Assembly: GCA_963726245.1 (NCBI GenBank)
Contig: CAVSBT010000037.1
Coordinates: forward strand, 139,532-203,531
Source of the DNA: an uncultured Chloroflexia bacterium
GTDB lineage: Bacteria > Chloroflexota > Dehalococcoidia > DSTF01 > JALHUB01
DNA: 64,000 bases
Reading direction: 5' to 3'
Part shown: positions 43,639 through 52,734 of the stretch, piece after piece
How positions within the stretch are numbered: the stretch's first letter is position 1
Layout: every line of letters starts with the position of its first letter
Position numbers and translations under genes: made by a program
The notes under the pieces: generated by a model
What the model was told of the DNA's origin: nothing
What the model saw: the letters and a program-made list of their open reading frames with translations, nothing else
Database searches by the model: none

Positions 43639-46209
43639 TTACGGGTCCATAGGCGGCTGAGCCGGGTAGGGGTTCGTGCAGGTGCTGCCGGCACGACCGA
43701 AGACGAACTGCAGGTCCTTCACGTCGATGTCGTTGTCAGGCGGGTAAGGCTGCAGGTCGTTGCACGTCGTGTACCACAGGCTGCCCAAGTGGCTCCCGTA
43801 CCGCCAGGCCTGCGCCTGCTCGTCGAGCAGGTCGACCTTGCAGTCGTGGTTCAGGTCACCCTCGAGGTAGCGAATGGTGAGCTTGGTGCTCGTGCAGTAC
43901 TTCAGGTCACCACCAGGCAGTGTCCCCGCCATGGGGTCGCCCAGGGTGTCCGACCACTGGCAAGCCGAGTCCTTCAGCCAAGTCACCACACCGTTCTCGA
44001 AGCCCGGGCACATATCGATGTACAGGTTTGGTTGCGGCTTGACAGCGATGGTGGCCAGCGTGAAGGGACCCATGCCCAACGGGCCGGCCAGGTCCAGCGC
44101 CCAAGGGGGCGCGAGGCTTATGCAGGCCCAGTGGATGATGTTCTCCCCGATGATGCTCGGAGCGCAACTGACAGACCGCCCCGTGCTGCCCAGCCAGCCA
44201 GAGTCAGTGATGACCGGTATCTGCAGCACACTCAGGTCGTACTCGAGGTTGAACTCGTAGGCGCCTAGACCATCGGTAGGCTCAACAGCGCCGGTCATCG
44301 GGTCAACGTCTTCTGGATCGTTGGCGACGTTGCGGGCGATCTCGCTGATCAGGATGCTGCCCTGGCCCGGGCCCGTGCAGGCCGGCGGCGCCGCGTCGCA
44401 GAGCCAGAGATTCGCCATGGCCGGGTCCTTCATCATCTGGGCGTCGGCCGACCGGACGAACACATCGACGCTGTCGCTGAGCGTCGCGCCGTGGTCGGTC
44501 CAGCCGTCGATGGCCGTGTTGACCACATGCTGGTTGACCAGGGTCGGGGCGAACGTGGCGTCGTACTTGATCCAAGCCGTCTCGCCGGGCGCCATGTCGA
44601 CGGCGCCAGGCAGCGCGGGGTCGTTGTCGATGTCGGCGGCCCCGATGTTCGTGCACGCGATCGGCCCATTGACCGCCGTGGTGCAGGACCCTACGTTGGC
44701 GCTCTTCGTCAGGCTGCTGGCAACGTAGGTTATGTTGCCAGTGTCAAGGTCGTCGCTCACCTGGACGCCCGTCGCCGGCGAGGCGCTGGCACCGTTCGTC
44801 AGGGTGATCATGTAGTGGACCGTGGCACCGGCCACGCTCTCTGCGCTGTCCACATAGCCCGCACCAACGTCCACCTTCTTGTCGACGGCGACGTTGGCGG
44901 CGGTCGTGGTGGTGACCTCACAGCCTATGCTGGCCGGATAGACATGGCCCACACCCGGACCCGGTATCACGGTCGGAGGTCCGGCAGGGTACGGAACAGT
45001 CGGGCAATCCGCCTCATTGGTCTGCAAGGGGTCCACCGTGGGATTAGGCTCGCCGAAGGTAGAGCCCGTCGCGGCTCCACCAACGTTGAAGTCGTTCTTG
45101 CCAGCGTCCGCGATGGGCACCTTGACGCTGAGCCTGAGTGTCACAATCCCGCCCGCCGGGATGCTGTCCACCAGCCCAATGCCAAGGCCACCGCCCTGGA
45201 GGAACGGGTTCTCAACGACGCAGATAACGAAGTTGTGGAACGTGGGCGGATGGTTGGGCCAGTTCGGGTTGAGGAATGTCCCAAGGTAGCCCGGCATACA
45301 GGTGCCGGCGGCTATGTCACCGGGGTCGGTGAGGACACCGTTACCGTTGAGGTCAACGTCCACCGCACCCGGTATGGTCAGCATCGGGTGTGGGTAGTAC
45401 GCGCGCGCGGGGGCCCCCACGGTGCCCTGGATGATCTTGTTCACCGCGTTGCTGGTCTCCTCGTCTAGCGCGTTGGGCAGTTCGTCGAACATCGACATGC
45501 CCCTGGACGCGTTCGGCCCGTTGTTCGTGGCGACGATCTTGTAGTTCACGATGCCGCCGGCGAGCACAGGGTCAGACCCCGTGTCCGTCTTCACCGAAGA
45601 CCAGTCAGCCATATTTAAGCAGGTGATCGTGGCGTCCGCCAGGTCCGTGCCGATGGTGAGGCCGCCCGCAGCCAGGGTGGTGCTGAAGGGCGGTGTACTG
45701 GCGTCCGCCGAGGTCGTCAGGTGCATGGTATAGACGCCAGGAGCGTCGCACGAGAACCTACCGACGACCGCCACGCCCGTGGTCGTGCTCGCCGCGCCTA
45801 ATGTGGCGGACCCACCCAAGAGGCGGGTACCCACCGGGGTCACGACGGCGTTTGCGGTAGTGCCGCCCAGCCCGGTGTAGTGCCAGCTCTCGAGGATGCC
45901 GTCGAGCGGATCACTGTAGTCATCCGTGGGGATGAACGTCAGGCCGATGTGGTCGACGTCCAGGTTGTAGCCCTTCCAGGCTGTACCGGCGGTCGTGATG
46001 TTAAAGTTGACATCGAACGGCGCGCCCACCGCCTTGGTGGCCGCAATCTGGACACCAGCCGTCACTGTGTCGGCGTCTACCGCCATGGCGTTGGGGTTAG
46101 CAGCCTGGGTCGGCGTCGCCGAGCGGCTAAACGTCGCCATGAAGACTATTGCCAGCGCCGTAAAGGCTAGCAGAGCCCATTTTGTTCCCTTTAGGGATCC
46201 GATTGACAT
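43639..46209 (-). CDS. Secreted multidomain protein: family-2 cohesin-like, two DUF11-like, cohesin and dockerin
   Basis: Intact ORF. DPVLAGGIVNYKIVATNNGP and TVHYMITLTN..ATGVQVSDDL (DUF11-like); GLGAYEFNLEYD cohesin; [27 protein letters not shown] dockerin. Start at a GGGAGG RBS. Confidence 0.88.
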   Translation of the reverse strand: MSIGSLKGTKWALLAFTALAIVFMATFSRSATPTQAANPNAMAVDADTVTAGVQIAATKAVGAPFDVNFNITTAGTAWKGYNLDVDHIGLTFIPTDDYSDPLDGILESWHYTGLGGTTANAVVTPVGTRLLGGSATLGAASTTTGVAVVGRFSCDAPGVYTMHLTTSADASTPPFSTTLAAGGLTIGTDLADATITCLNMADWSSVKTDTGSDPVLAGGIVNYKIVATNNGPNASRGMSMFDELPNALDEETSNAVNKIIQGTVGAPARAYYPHPMLTIPGAVDVDLNGNGVLTDPGDIAAGTCMPGYLGTFLNPNWPNHPPTFHNFVICVVENPFLQGGGLGIGLVDSIPAGGIVTLRLSVKVPIADAGKNDFNVGGAATGSTFGEPNPTVDPLQTNEADCPTVPYPAGPPTVIPGPGVGHVYPASIGCEVTTTTAANVAVDKKVDVGAGYVDSAESVAGATVHYMITLTNGASASPATGVQVSDDLDTGNITYVASSLTKSANVGSCTTAVNGPIACTNIGAADIDNDPALPGAVDMAPGETAWIKYDATFAPTLVNQHVVNTAIDGWTDHGATLSDSVDVFVRSADAQMMKDPAMANLWLCDAAPPACTGPGQGSILISEIARNVANDPEDVDPMTGAVEPTDGLGAYEFNLEYDLSVLQIPVITDSGWLGSTGRSVSCAPSIIGENIIHWACISLAPPWALDLAGPLGMGPFTLATIAVKPQPNLYIDMCPGFENGVVTWLKDSACQWSDTLGDPMAGTLPGGDLKYCTSTKLTIRYLEGDLNHDCKVDLLDEQAQAWRYGSHLGSLWYTTCNDLQPYPPDNDIDVKDLQFVFGRAGSTCTNPYPAQPPMDP

Positions 46210-46452
46210 TTGAACCTCCCACTGAGCTTGGTTTGGGACCAAGAATGTTCATCTTCCTCTTGAAAAATGGCCTCCGTTTCCACCTCCTTACGGCGGGGCT
46301 GGTTCAGGTATGCTCGGTTTGGGGCGTCCCTGCCGGTGTCGGGGAGGGGGCCGTCCGGCCACCCAGACGAGCCGTCGGGCCGGCCCCCTCCGTTACCGCT
46401 TCTGCCAGGGCTCCGGCTCCCGGGTCCCTGGCTCCTTTGCTCCTAACTCTTC

Positions 46453-49155
46453 TTACTTCACCCCCTTGGTGCCGCAGTTCTTACCGGACCAGGCCAGGGC
46501 TCCCAGCACGTCGCTGATGTCGATGGAACCGTTGGGCGGGCCGGGCGTGACGCCGGGCGTGCGGTCGTAGTCCCTGCCGTCGAGTATGCCGTCGCTGTTC
46601 TTGTCGACATCGTAGGCCACGCCGTTGCCGTTGACCGGCCCGAGGTGGTTGGCGCCCGAGTAGTAGAGGACGGCCAATACATCGGCGATGCTGACGGCGC
46701 CGCTGCGGGTGCCGTTGGGGCCGACGATGTCCTTGTAGGCCGGCACCGGCACGTTGTAGTGGGCGTACCACTGGGTCGGGTCGAGACCCAAAGCGATCAT
46801 TTCGGCGTCGGTGCAGTAGCCATCACCGCTGGTGTTGAAGGCGCCGGGCACTATGGTGTAGGCGCCTGCGACCGGCATGCTAGGAGTCCAGGCCGAGCCG
46901 GTGAGGACAGTGCCCGTGTTAGAGGTGATGGCCATCGAGCTGCCGCCCATCTTCCCAATGAACCCGGCCCAGGCGTTGGTAGTCCAGGATTTGCTGCCAT
47001 CGGTGAGGGTCGTAGCTGTCACACCGGTTGCCGTGCCGCTGTCAATCGTCGGCGGCGTAGCCAGAGCGATCGGGTTGACACCCGTGGCGATGCTGGTGAC
47101 GTCGCTGACGGTGTCGCCGTTGCAGTCACCGGGCAAGGACGGAAGGCCCGGCGTGGAGGTCTTGTCGAGGGCGTCGGTGCCGAGGAAGGTCTCACAGCCG
47201 TTGCTGGCGAGATCGCCGTCCGTGTCCTTGGTGTCGAAGTAGTCGAAGAAGGTCTTACCAGCGGCAGCCGGGGCAGCGGAGGTGAACCCGTCCCAGAAGT
47301 CCGGTCCGCCATCGTTGTTCGAGTCCCTGTAACCGGAGAGGCGGGCGCTGGCCAGGGCCGGGTTGGCGTAGGGCGTGGTGGTGGCATTCGTCGCCTCCGG
47401 CGCCAGGCAGTACTTCATGAAGGGGTCGCCGGCCTCGGCCTTGGGCACCGTGCTGCCGACGAAAAAGCGGTTGTTGCAGATGTTGGAGTTGTCCACGTAC
47501 CCGTTGGTCGCCAGCTTGGGTGGGGGCGTCTTGTACCCCTGGCCGTTGCCCGGGATGGTGGGCTCCGGGTCACAGCTGTCGCCCAGGCCGTCGCCGTCCG
47601 TGTCAAGCTGGACGTTGGCATCCGCAAGCAGGCCGTTTTTCACGAGGGGGCAGTTGTCGACGAAGTTCAGGTAGCCGTCGCAGTCCCGGTCCTGGAACTT
47701 CGAGAAGGGCGGGACGTTCCGGTTCCCGGCCGCGCCGCTAACGCAGTTATCTTGAAGGTCGGATGTCGGGGTCTCGTGGTCGGGGTCGCACACCCCCGTC
47801 AAGGTGTCGCCGTCGGTGTCGTCGGCCGCCGTACCGGTAGTGTCCACGTTACAGCGGTCGTCGCCGCCCATGGTGCCCTTGGTGCCCCCGGGGATGGTGT
47901 CGCCGTCGACGTCCGGGGCCGTGGACTTCTGGAGCGCGTAGTCCCAGGGGCCGGTATTGCTCCCGCCGACGACCGTGCGCACCACCTCCGGCACGAACCC
48001 GGGCAGCGTCGCGGTCCCAGGGCTGGGGTTAGCGAGGGTGTCGGGATACGTGGGGACGGAGGTGACGCCCTGGATGAACACCGGCACGGCATAGTAGGGC
48101 GGGCAGGTTTTCACCGTGGTGGTCAGAATGTTGAAATTCGGGTCGTTCGAGGCTACGGACGGCCAGGTTGGATACTGGACCGTGATCAGCTCGAAGTACC
48201 TGTTCTCTCCCACAGGCTGCATGCTGAAGACGAGGAAGTTGACGTCCACGTCGTTGCTAGTGGCCGCAACGATCGGTATGGGGGCGATGCCGAAGAAGCG
48301 GCTGACCAGAGTAGCCTGCGGCGGCAGGCCCAGCGCGTTGACGATGGACGGGATGGGCATTGGCAGCTGGGTCACGCCCCTAGGCGCGCACTTCGGTTGC
48401 CCGGCGACGCCACAGCCCGCCGGGTATACGGGGGAGCCGTTCTGCCCGTTGCTCGGCTCCTGGCTCTCAAACGGCGTCGTAGCGTCAAGATTCACAACGT
48501 CAACAAGGCCGCTGAGGGTGCCGTTGACCATGGTGGTGTCGTCCTTGACGGCGTTCCACAACTCGAGGTCAGCGCTAAAGAGCACGTTGGCCTCTTGTCC
48601 GAGGGGCACGAGGTTGCGGTCGCAGGCGAGTGGCTGGCCGTTGACGGTGGGGTCGATGCCGACGTTATAGTCATCGATGTTGTTGGCCGGTATCACTATA
48701 CCCAGGTTAAGCCCTGAAGAGACCTGGAAAGTGATTGCCCCCGCCCTGGCGCCCAGGATGGCAGGGTGGTTGGCCACCAGGCCGGCCACCGGGTCGGGAA
48801 TGGTATCGCCGGTGACGTCGGCTGGCACGGCAGCCAGGGGGCCGGTGCTCCAGGTGGCGTTGCTCAGGTCGAAGTAGGCCTGGGTGGCCTCCTTCCAGCC
48901 TGCCGCGTTGCCTTCTTGCTGCAACCAGAAGTTGGCGTAGATGTCAGGGCACTCACCCGGCCGAATCACGTCGTCCGGGTTGTTGCTGGTGCAGAGAGCC
49001 GGCAGCACCGGTGCCAAGGTGTGCTTCATGTACACGTCCCAGCTCATGGTGCTGGGGTCGGCTGACACGGTAGTAGCCGTTCGGTTTCCCAGGGCCAGGA
49101 AGAGGGCCACCAAGACCATTGCTCCCAGTCCCATCAAAATAGCATTGCGCTTCAT
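46453..49155 (-). CDS. Large secreted protein with TSP3-like Ca-binding repeats and a C-terminal long dockerin-like module
   Basis: Intact ~900-aa ORF. Signal peptide after a GGAGG RBS; DNCP.VKN....Q.DTDGDGLGDSCD; C-terminal VPVPAY...VSIADVLAVL...PPNGSIDISDVLGAL..C. Confidence 0.88.
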   Translation of the reverse strand: MKRNAILMGLGAMVLVALFLALGNRTATTVSADPSTMSWDVYMKHTLAPVLPALCTSNNPDDVIRPGECPDIYANFWLQQEGNAAGWKEATQAYFDLSNATWSTGPLAAVPADVTGDTIPDPVAGLVANHPAILGARAGAITFQVSSGLNLGIVIPANNIDDYNVGIDPTVNGQPLACDRNLVPLGQEANVLFSADLELWNAVKDDTTMVNGTLSGLVDVVNLDATTPFESQEPSNGQNGSPVYPAGCGVAGQPKCAPRGVTQLPMPIPSIVNALGLPPQATLVSRFFGIAPIPIVAATSNDVDVNFLVFSMQPVGENRYFELITVQYPTWPSVASNDPNFNILTTTVKTCPPYYAVPVFIQGVTSVPTYPDTLANPSPGTATLPGFVPEVVRTVVGGSNTGPWDYALQKSTAPDVDGDTIPGGTKGTMGGDDRCNVDTTGTAADDTDGDTLTGVCDPDHETPTSDLQDNCVSGAAGNRNVPPFSKFQDRDCDGYLNFVDNCPLVKNGLLADANVQLDTDGDGLGDSCDPEPTIPGNGQGYKTPPPKLATNGYVDNSNICNNRFFVGSTVPKAEAGDPFMKYCLAPEATNATTTPYANPALASARLSGYRDSNNDGGPDFWDGFTSAAPAAAGKTFFDYFDTKDTDGDLASNGCETFLGTDALDKTSTPGLPSLPGDCNGDTVSDVTSIATGVNPIALATPPTIDSGTATGVTATTLTDGSKSWTTNAWAGFIGKMGGSSMAITSNTGTVLTGSAWTPSMPVAGAYTIVPGAFNTSGDGYCTDAEMIALGLDPTQWYAHYNVPVPAYKDIVGPNGTRSGAVSIADVLAVLYYSGANHLGPVNGNGVAYDVDKNSDGILDGRDYDRTPGVTPGPPNGSIDISDVLGALAWSGKNCGTKGVK

Positions 49156-49457
49156 AAACGCATCCTCCATCAACTTCGTTACAAAAGAGTCGGGCTGCAC
49201 ATGGCTATTGCTATGGGCACCTCCTTCGCCGCATTTCCTTGCCTCCCGCCCGTCCTCTCAAGGCCCGGGGCGCGCAGGCCCTTGCAAAGCACAGCCTCCC
49301 TCGCCGTAGGCCAGCTCTCACACGTTCATCACCGCGTCCCCCTCCTCGGTCCCGCGGACGTGCATGAACTCAAAAACGACGAGGCGTCCTTGCCCCCAAA
49401 AGCTATATAGGCTCGATACTCTTTCGGCGGGGAATCTACCAATCCACCAGCGACCTT

Positions 49458-49493
49458 GGTTTAGCACTTTGTGAGAGTTTTGTCAAGCCCCTG
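49458..49493 (-). promoter_or_regulatory. Sigma70-like promoter for the 49155-43639 genes
   Basis: CCAGGGGC-TTGACA-N17-TAAACC with a TG extension and an AT-rich upstream tract. Confidence 0.45.
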
Positions 49494-49632
49494 GGGTGGA
49501 ATTTTAATTCACGAATTCAATAACGTCTTCTGGCCCGTCTGTCACGCCAGCCGCGCCGCTGGTGGCGTCAAACCCCGCCACGGGGGCTGGACGCAGCGAC
49601 TGCCAGTAAGTTAGAGTGGCGAAGTCGGAGGC

Positions 49633-50502
49633 TTGGGCCCAATGCCGGTACCAACCACGGTGCTGAGGACACGCCGCCTGCTGCTGGGCGTACTGCTTCT
49701 AGCCGGTCTGGCCTTCGCCGCTGCCTGCGGCAACGAGAACGCTGCCAAGCCGACCGCATCCGCCGTCGGCACGCGGCCAGCCCAGGGCACTTCCTCGCCC
49801 GCTGCCGCATCCACTCTGGGGACCCCCGTCCCCTTCACCGGCCCCCCCACCGGCATCGGCGCCGACGTGTCGGCGAACCTGTTCCAGAATGGCAGTTTCG
49901 AGTCCGGCCCCGACCCCTGGATCTCCCTCACCTGGTCCGCGGCCTGGGGCACACCCTTCAGCGTCACCTCCGAGAAGGCCCACAGCGGCAAGCAGAGCGC
50001 ATCCCTAGAGCTGCGGGCGACATCCGAAGATATCGGCGCTAAGGTCTTCGGCGTCGTCCAGGAGGTGAGCCCGCTGGCACAGTTCCCGGAGGTCATCTCC
50101 GGCTACTACCGGGTGGAGAACTGGGTTCGCGGCGCCCCCAAGCAATACCTCCAGTTTGTGATCATCGCCTTCGGGGCCAACAACCTGCCCGGAGGGCACC
50201 CTAACCACCAGATTCGCTACGTCCTGGCCGGCGTGTCCCAGCCCCCGCTCGAAATCAGCAACGCCAAGTACATCTTCTTGAGCGGGGAAGACCCTCCTAC
50301 CGACAAGTGGGTCTACTTCGAGGTGCCCGTCAGCAAGGATTTCACGGAGCAATGGGGCGACATCCCGAAAGGCTACCAGATGCTCCGCCTCCTCTTTGAG
50401 GTCCGCTACGATGACAAGCCTACTGGCGCCGAGGCTCAAGCCAATGCTTACTACGACGATCTGTACATGGGCCCTGCCCAGGGTAACCCCAACCGGCCTT
50501 AG
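49633..50502 (+). CDS. Lipoprotein with a galactose-binding/CBM-like beta-sandwich
   Basis: Lipobox FAAAC, then NLFQNGSFES...W....AHSGKQS...YYDDLY pattern. Confidence 0.75.
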   Translation: MGPMPVPTTVLRTRRLLLGVLLLAGLAFAAACGNENAAKPTASAVGTRPAQGTSSPAAASTLGTPVPFTGPPTGIGADVSANLFQNGSFESGPDPWISLTWSAAWGTPFSVTSEKAHSGKQSASLELRATSEDIGAKVFGVVQEVSPLAQFPEVISGYYRVENWVRGAPKQYLQFVIIAFGANNLPGGHPNHQIRYVLAGVSQPPLEISNAKYIFLSGEDPPTDKWVYFEVPVSKDFTEQWGDIPKGYQMLRLLFEVRYDDKPTGAEAQANAYYDDLYMGPAQGNPNRP

Positions 50503-50509
50503 AGAGACG

Positions 50510-51148
50510 ATGGCGGTGGGACGACACATACCACAGTGGCACCCCTGGATACTGCTGGCGGCAGCCCTGGCGGCGATGACGGCCATGTCCCTGGCGGGCG
50601 CCCAGGTTACTCAGGTTACTATCGTCCGCTCAGAAGTGCCGGCGGCCCCTGTGAGCACAAACGACACAGTCACCGTCCCCATCGTCATCGATAGCGTGAC
50701 GAACCTGGGCGCTTTCGATTTTCAGGTGAGCTTCGACCCGGCGATCCTCAAGGCGGAGAAGGTGGAGACCGGCCCCTTCCTGGGCAGCAGCGGCCGCGAG
50801 GTCAACTGCCCTAAGTCCAGCATCGATGAAGGGTCGGTGCGCCTGACCTGTGTGACTTTGGGAGCCACGCCGGCCGGTCCCACCGGCTCCGGTGTGCTGG
50901 CCACACTCGTATTCAAGCCGGTCGCCAGCGGGACCAGCCCCCTCCGGTTCGAGCAGTTGACTCTCACCGACCCTCCTGGCACGAGCATGCCCGCCCAGGG
51001 GCAAGACTCCTCTCTCACTGTGGTGCCCGGCGCTGACAGTGGCTTCGCGTGGGCCCTCTGGGGGCCTGTTATCGGCGTCGGCGTCCTGGCCCTGGGTGCA
51101 GCCGCGGTTTGGGTGGCCTGGCGGGCTCGCCGGTCCCGCCGAGCGTAG
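50510..51148 (+). CDS. Single cohesin with a C-terminal membrane anchor
   Basis: Signal peptide, VTNLGAFDFQVSFDP..FLGSSGR.V.C...LTCVTLG..GPTGSGVLATLVF, then TM + RARRSRR. Confidence 0.88.
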   Translation: MAVGRHIPQWHPWILLAAALAAMTAMSLAGAQVTQVTIVRSEVPAAPVSTNDTVTVPIVIDSVTNLGAFDFQVSFDPAILKAEKVETGPFLGSSGREVNCPKSSIDEGSVRLTCVTLGATPAGPTGSGVLATLVFKPVASGTSPLRFEQLTLTDPPGTSMPAQGQDSSLTVVPGADSGFAWALWGPVIGVGVLALGAAAVWVAWRARRSRRA

Positions 51149-51206
51149 AGCGGCCTCTCTCTCACGCATTTTTCGTAAATTTTGCGGGATCCGGGCGTCC
51201 AGGGGC

Positions 51207-52541
51207 TGTCGTGTCGCAGCTAGAATGTCCGCCTTTGTGTCGCAGGTAGAATGTCCTCCAACACCTGCTCTACGGTCAACGGCGCATCGCGCAAGTGCCC
51301 CTTGTCTATGTGAGGCAGCTCCGCCACCAGGCACCCAGCGTGCCACACCCTCAGCCGCTCTCCTGGGTGGATATGGAGCTGCACCTTGAAGGCCACCAAG
51401 CAGGGCTCGCTGGGCAGGGTGTAGGTCACCCCATCCAGGCTGATGGTGTGGTCCTTAGCCACCTTGCGCTCCTCCTTGAGGCAGAAGACGTCGTCCGGGT
51501 TGCCCTCCAGGGGGCGGGTGACAGCAGGCTGTAGCCGCTCGCTGGGTGTGCAGCCGGTGTCGCGGTTGACGTGGCGGGTGTTGTACTCCTCCACCCAGTG
51601 GTCTACCAGGGTCTGGAGCTCCTCCAGGCTGCCCGCCCGGTTGTGGTCCAGCACCCGCTCCTGGAGGAAGCGGAAGAAGCGCTCGATCTTCCCCTTGGCC
51701 TGGGCGTTGCCCGGTAGGTGGGAGAGGAGCTGGATGTCCAGCTCCCGCAGGGCCCGGCCTACCTCCGTCTCCACCAGCCCCTGGAGAGTCTCCTGGCGGT
51801 AGGTGAAGAAGCGGCTGCGCTGGTAGCGGGTGAGGCGGAACTTGGAGTCATTGTCGGTATAGAGGACCCGCGGGCGGCCGTAGCGCTCCATTGCCTGTCG
51901 TAGGGTCAGGAGAGTGTGGTAGCTGGAGTCTGTGGGGAAGACGCCGGCGGCCAGCACGGCCCGGGAGTAGTCGTCCAGGATGACCACCACGCAGACATGA
52001 CGGTAACCCTCCAGCCAGGCTCCCACCGTAGTATCCATCTGCCACAGCTCGCCGAAGGCCCGCATCTCGAAGCGCCGGGCCGGGCGGCGGTGTCGGGGCA
52101 GAGGGTTGCCAGTCTCCCCCCGCAGAAGCCGGTGGACGGTGGCGCGGTGCACCACCACCCCTTCCGTGGCGGCCAGGGCCTCGGCGATAGCGGGGGCGGA
52201 CCAGTAGGGATACTCCCGGTGCAGACGCCGGATCTCCTCGTTCGTTGAGTCGGGCAAGGCGTTCCAAGCCGAGTGCCGGCGCTGGTAGGCCAGGCTCCCC
52301 AGGCGCCGGCCGCTCTCCCGATACCGCTTCAGCACCCGCCGTACCTGCCGCGTCGAGAGGCCCATCTCCCGCCCTGCCTCCTCCTGGCTAAGCCGTCCCT
52401 GCTCCACCAGCACCACCAGGGGATAGCGAACCATGACCCGCAGCCATCCTCTCTGCACGGGCACCTCCTTTCGGAAGCACCCCGCCACGAGAGGACATTC
52501 TAGCTGCGACGTAACTAGGACATTCTAGGTGCGACCCAACA
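51207..52541 (-). mobile_element. Complete insertion sequence (IS481/ISNCY-like), 1335 bp
   Basis: TGT...ACA ends, 24-bp imperfect IRs, a repeated subterminal GTCGCA.STAGAATGTCC, and 6-bp TSD AGGGGC at 51201-51206 and 52542-52547. Confidence 0.92.
51220..52458 (-). CDS. DDE (rve) transposase
   Basis: N-terminal HTH, GELWQMD, DDYSR, LYTDN and AKGKIERFF. GTG start after AAGGAGG. Confidence 0.93.
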   Translation of the reverse strand: MQRGWLRVMVRYPLVVLVEQGRLSQEEAGREMGLSTRQVRRVLKRYRESGRRLGSLAYQRRHSAWNALPDSTNEEIRRLHREYPYWSAPAIAEALAATEGVVVHRATVHRLLRGETGNPLPRHRRPARRFEMRAFGELWQMDTTVGAWLEGYRHVCVVVILDDYSRAVLAAGVFPTDSSYHTLLTLRQAMERYGRPRVLYTDNDSKFRLTRYQRSRFFTYRQETLQGLVETEVGRALRELDIQLLSHLPGNAQAKGKIERFFRFLQERVLDHNRAGSLEELQTLVDHWVEEYNTRHVNRDTGCTPSERLQPAVTRPLEGNPDDVFCLKEERKVAKDHTISLDGVTYTLPSEPCLVAFKVQLHIHPGERLRVWHAGCLVAELPHIDKGHLRDAPLTVEQVLEDILPATQRRTF

Positions 52542-52734
52542 AGGGGCTTGACAAATCTCGCCCAAGGGTGTAACTAGTGGAGCTGGTGGCTGTTCTTTCC
52601 CCGCCTTAAGATTCTGGAGCGTCATACAATCGAATAGAGCCAGGCAGGGATTGCGTTGCGGTCGCGGACAGGAAACGCGGCCAATCCTTGTTTGTGTTTT
52701 CCGTAAGCCGGACACACCGGGGTGTAGTGGTGTA

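Noticed and set aside
31850-49242. Shared 14-mer CCGCATT(C/T)CCTTGC upstream of two large surface genes (31850 and 49229)
   Set aside because: There are only two instances, at different distances from the starts, so it could be chance.
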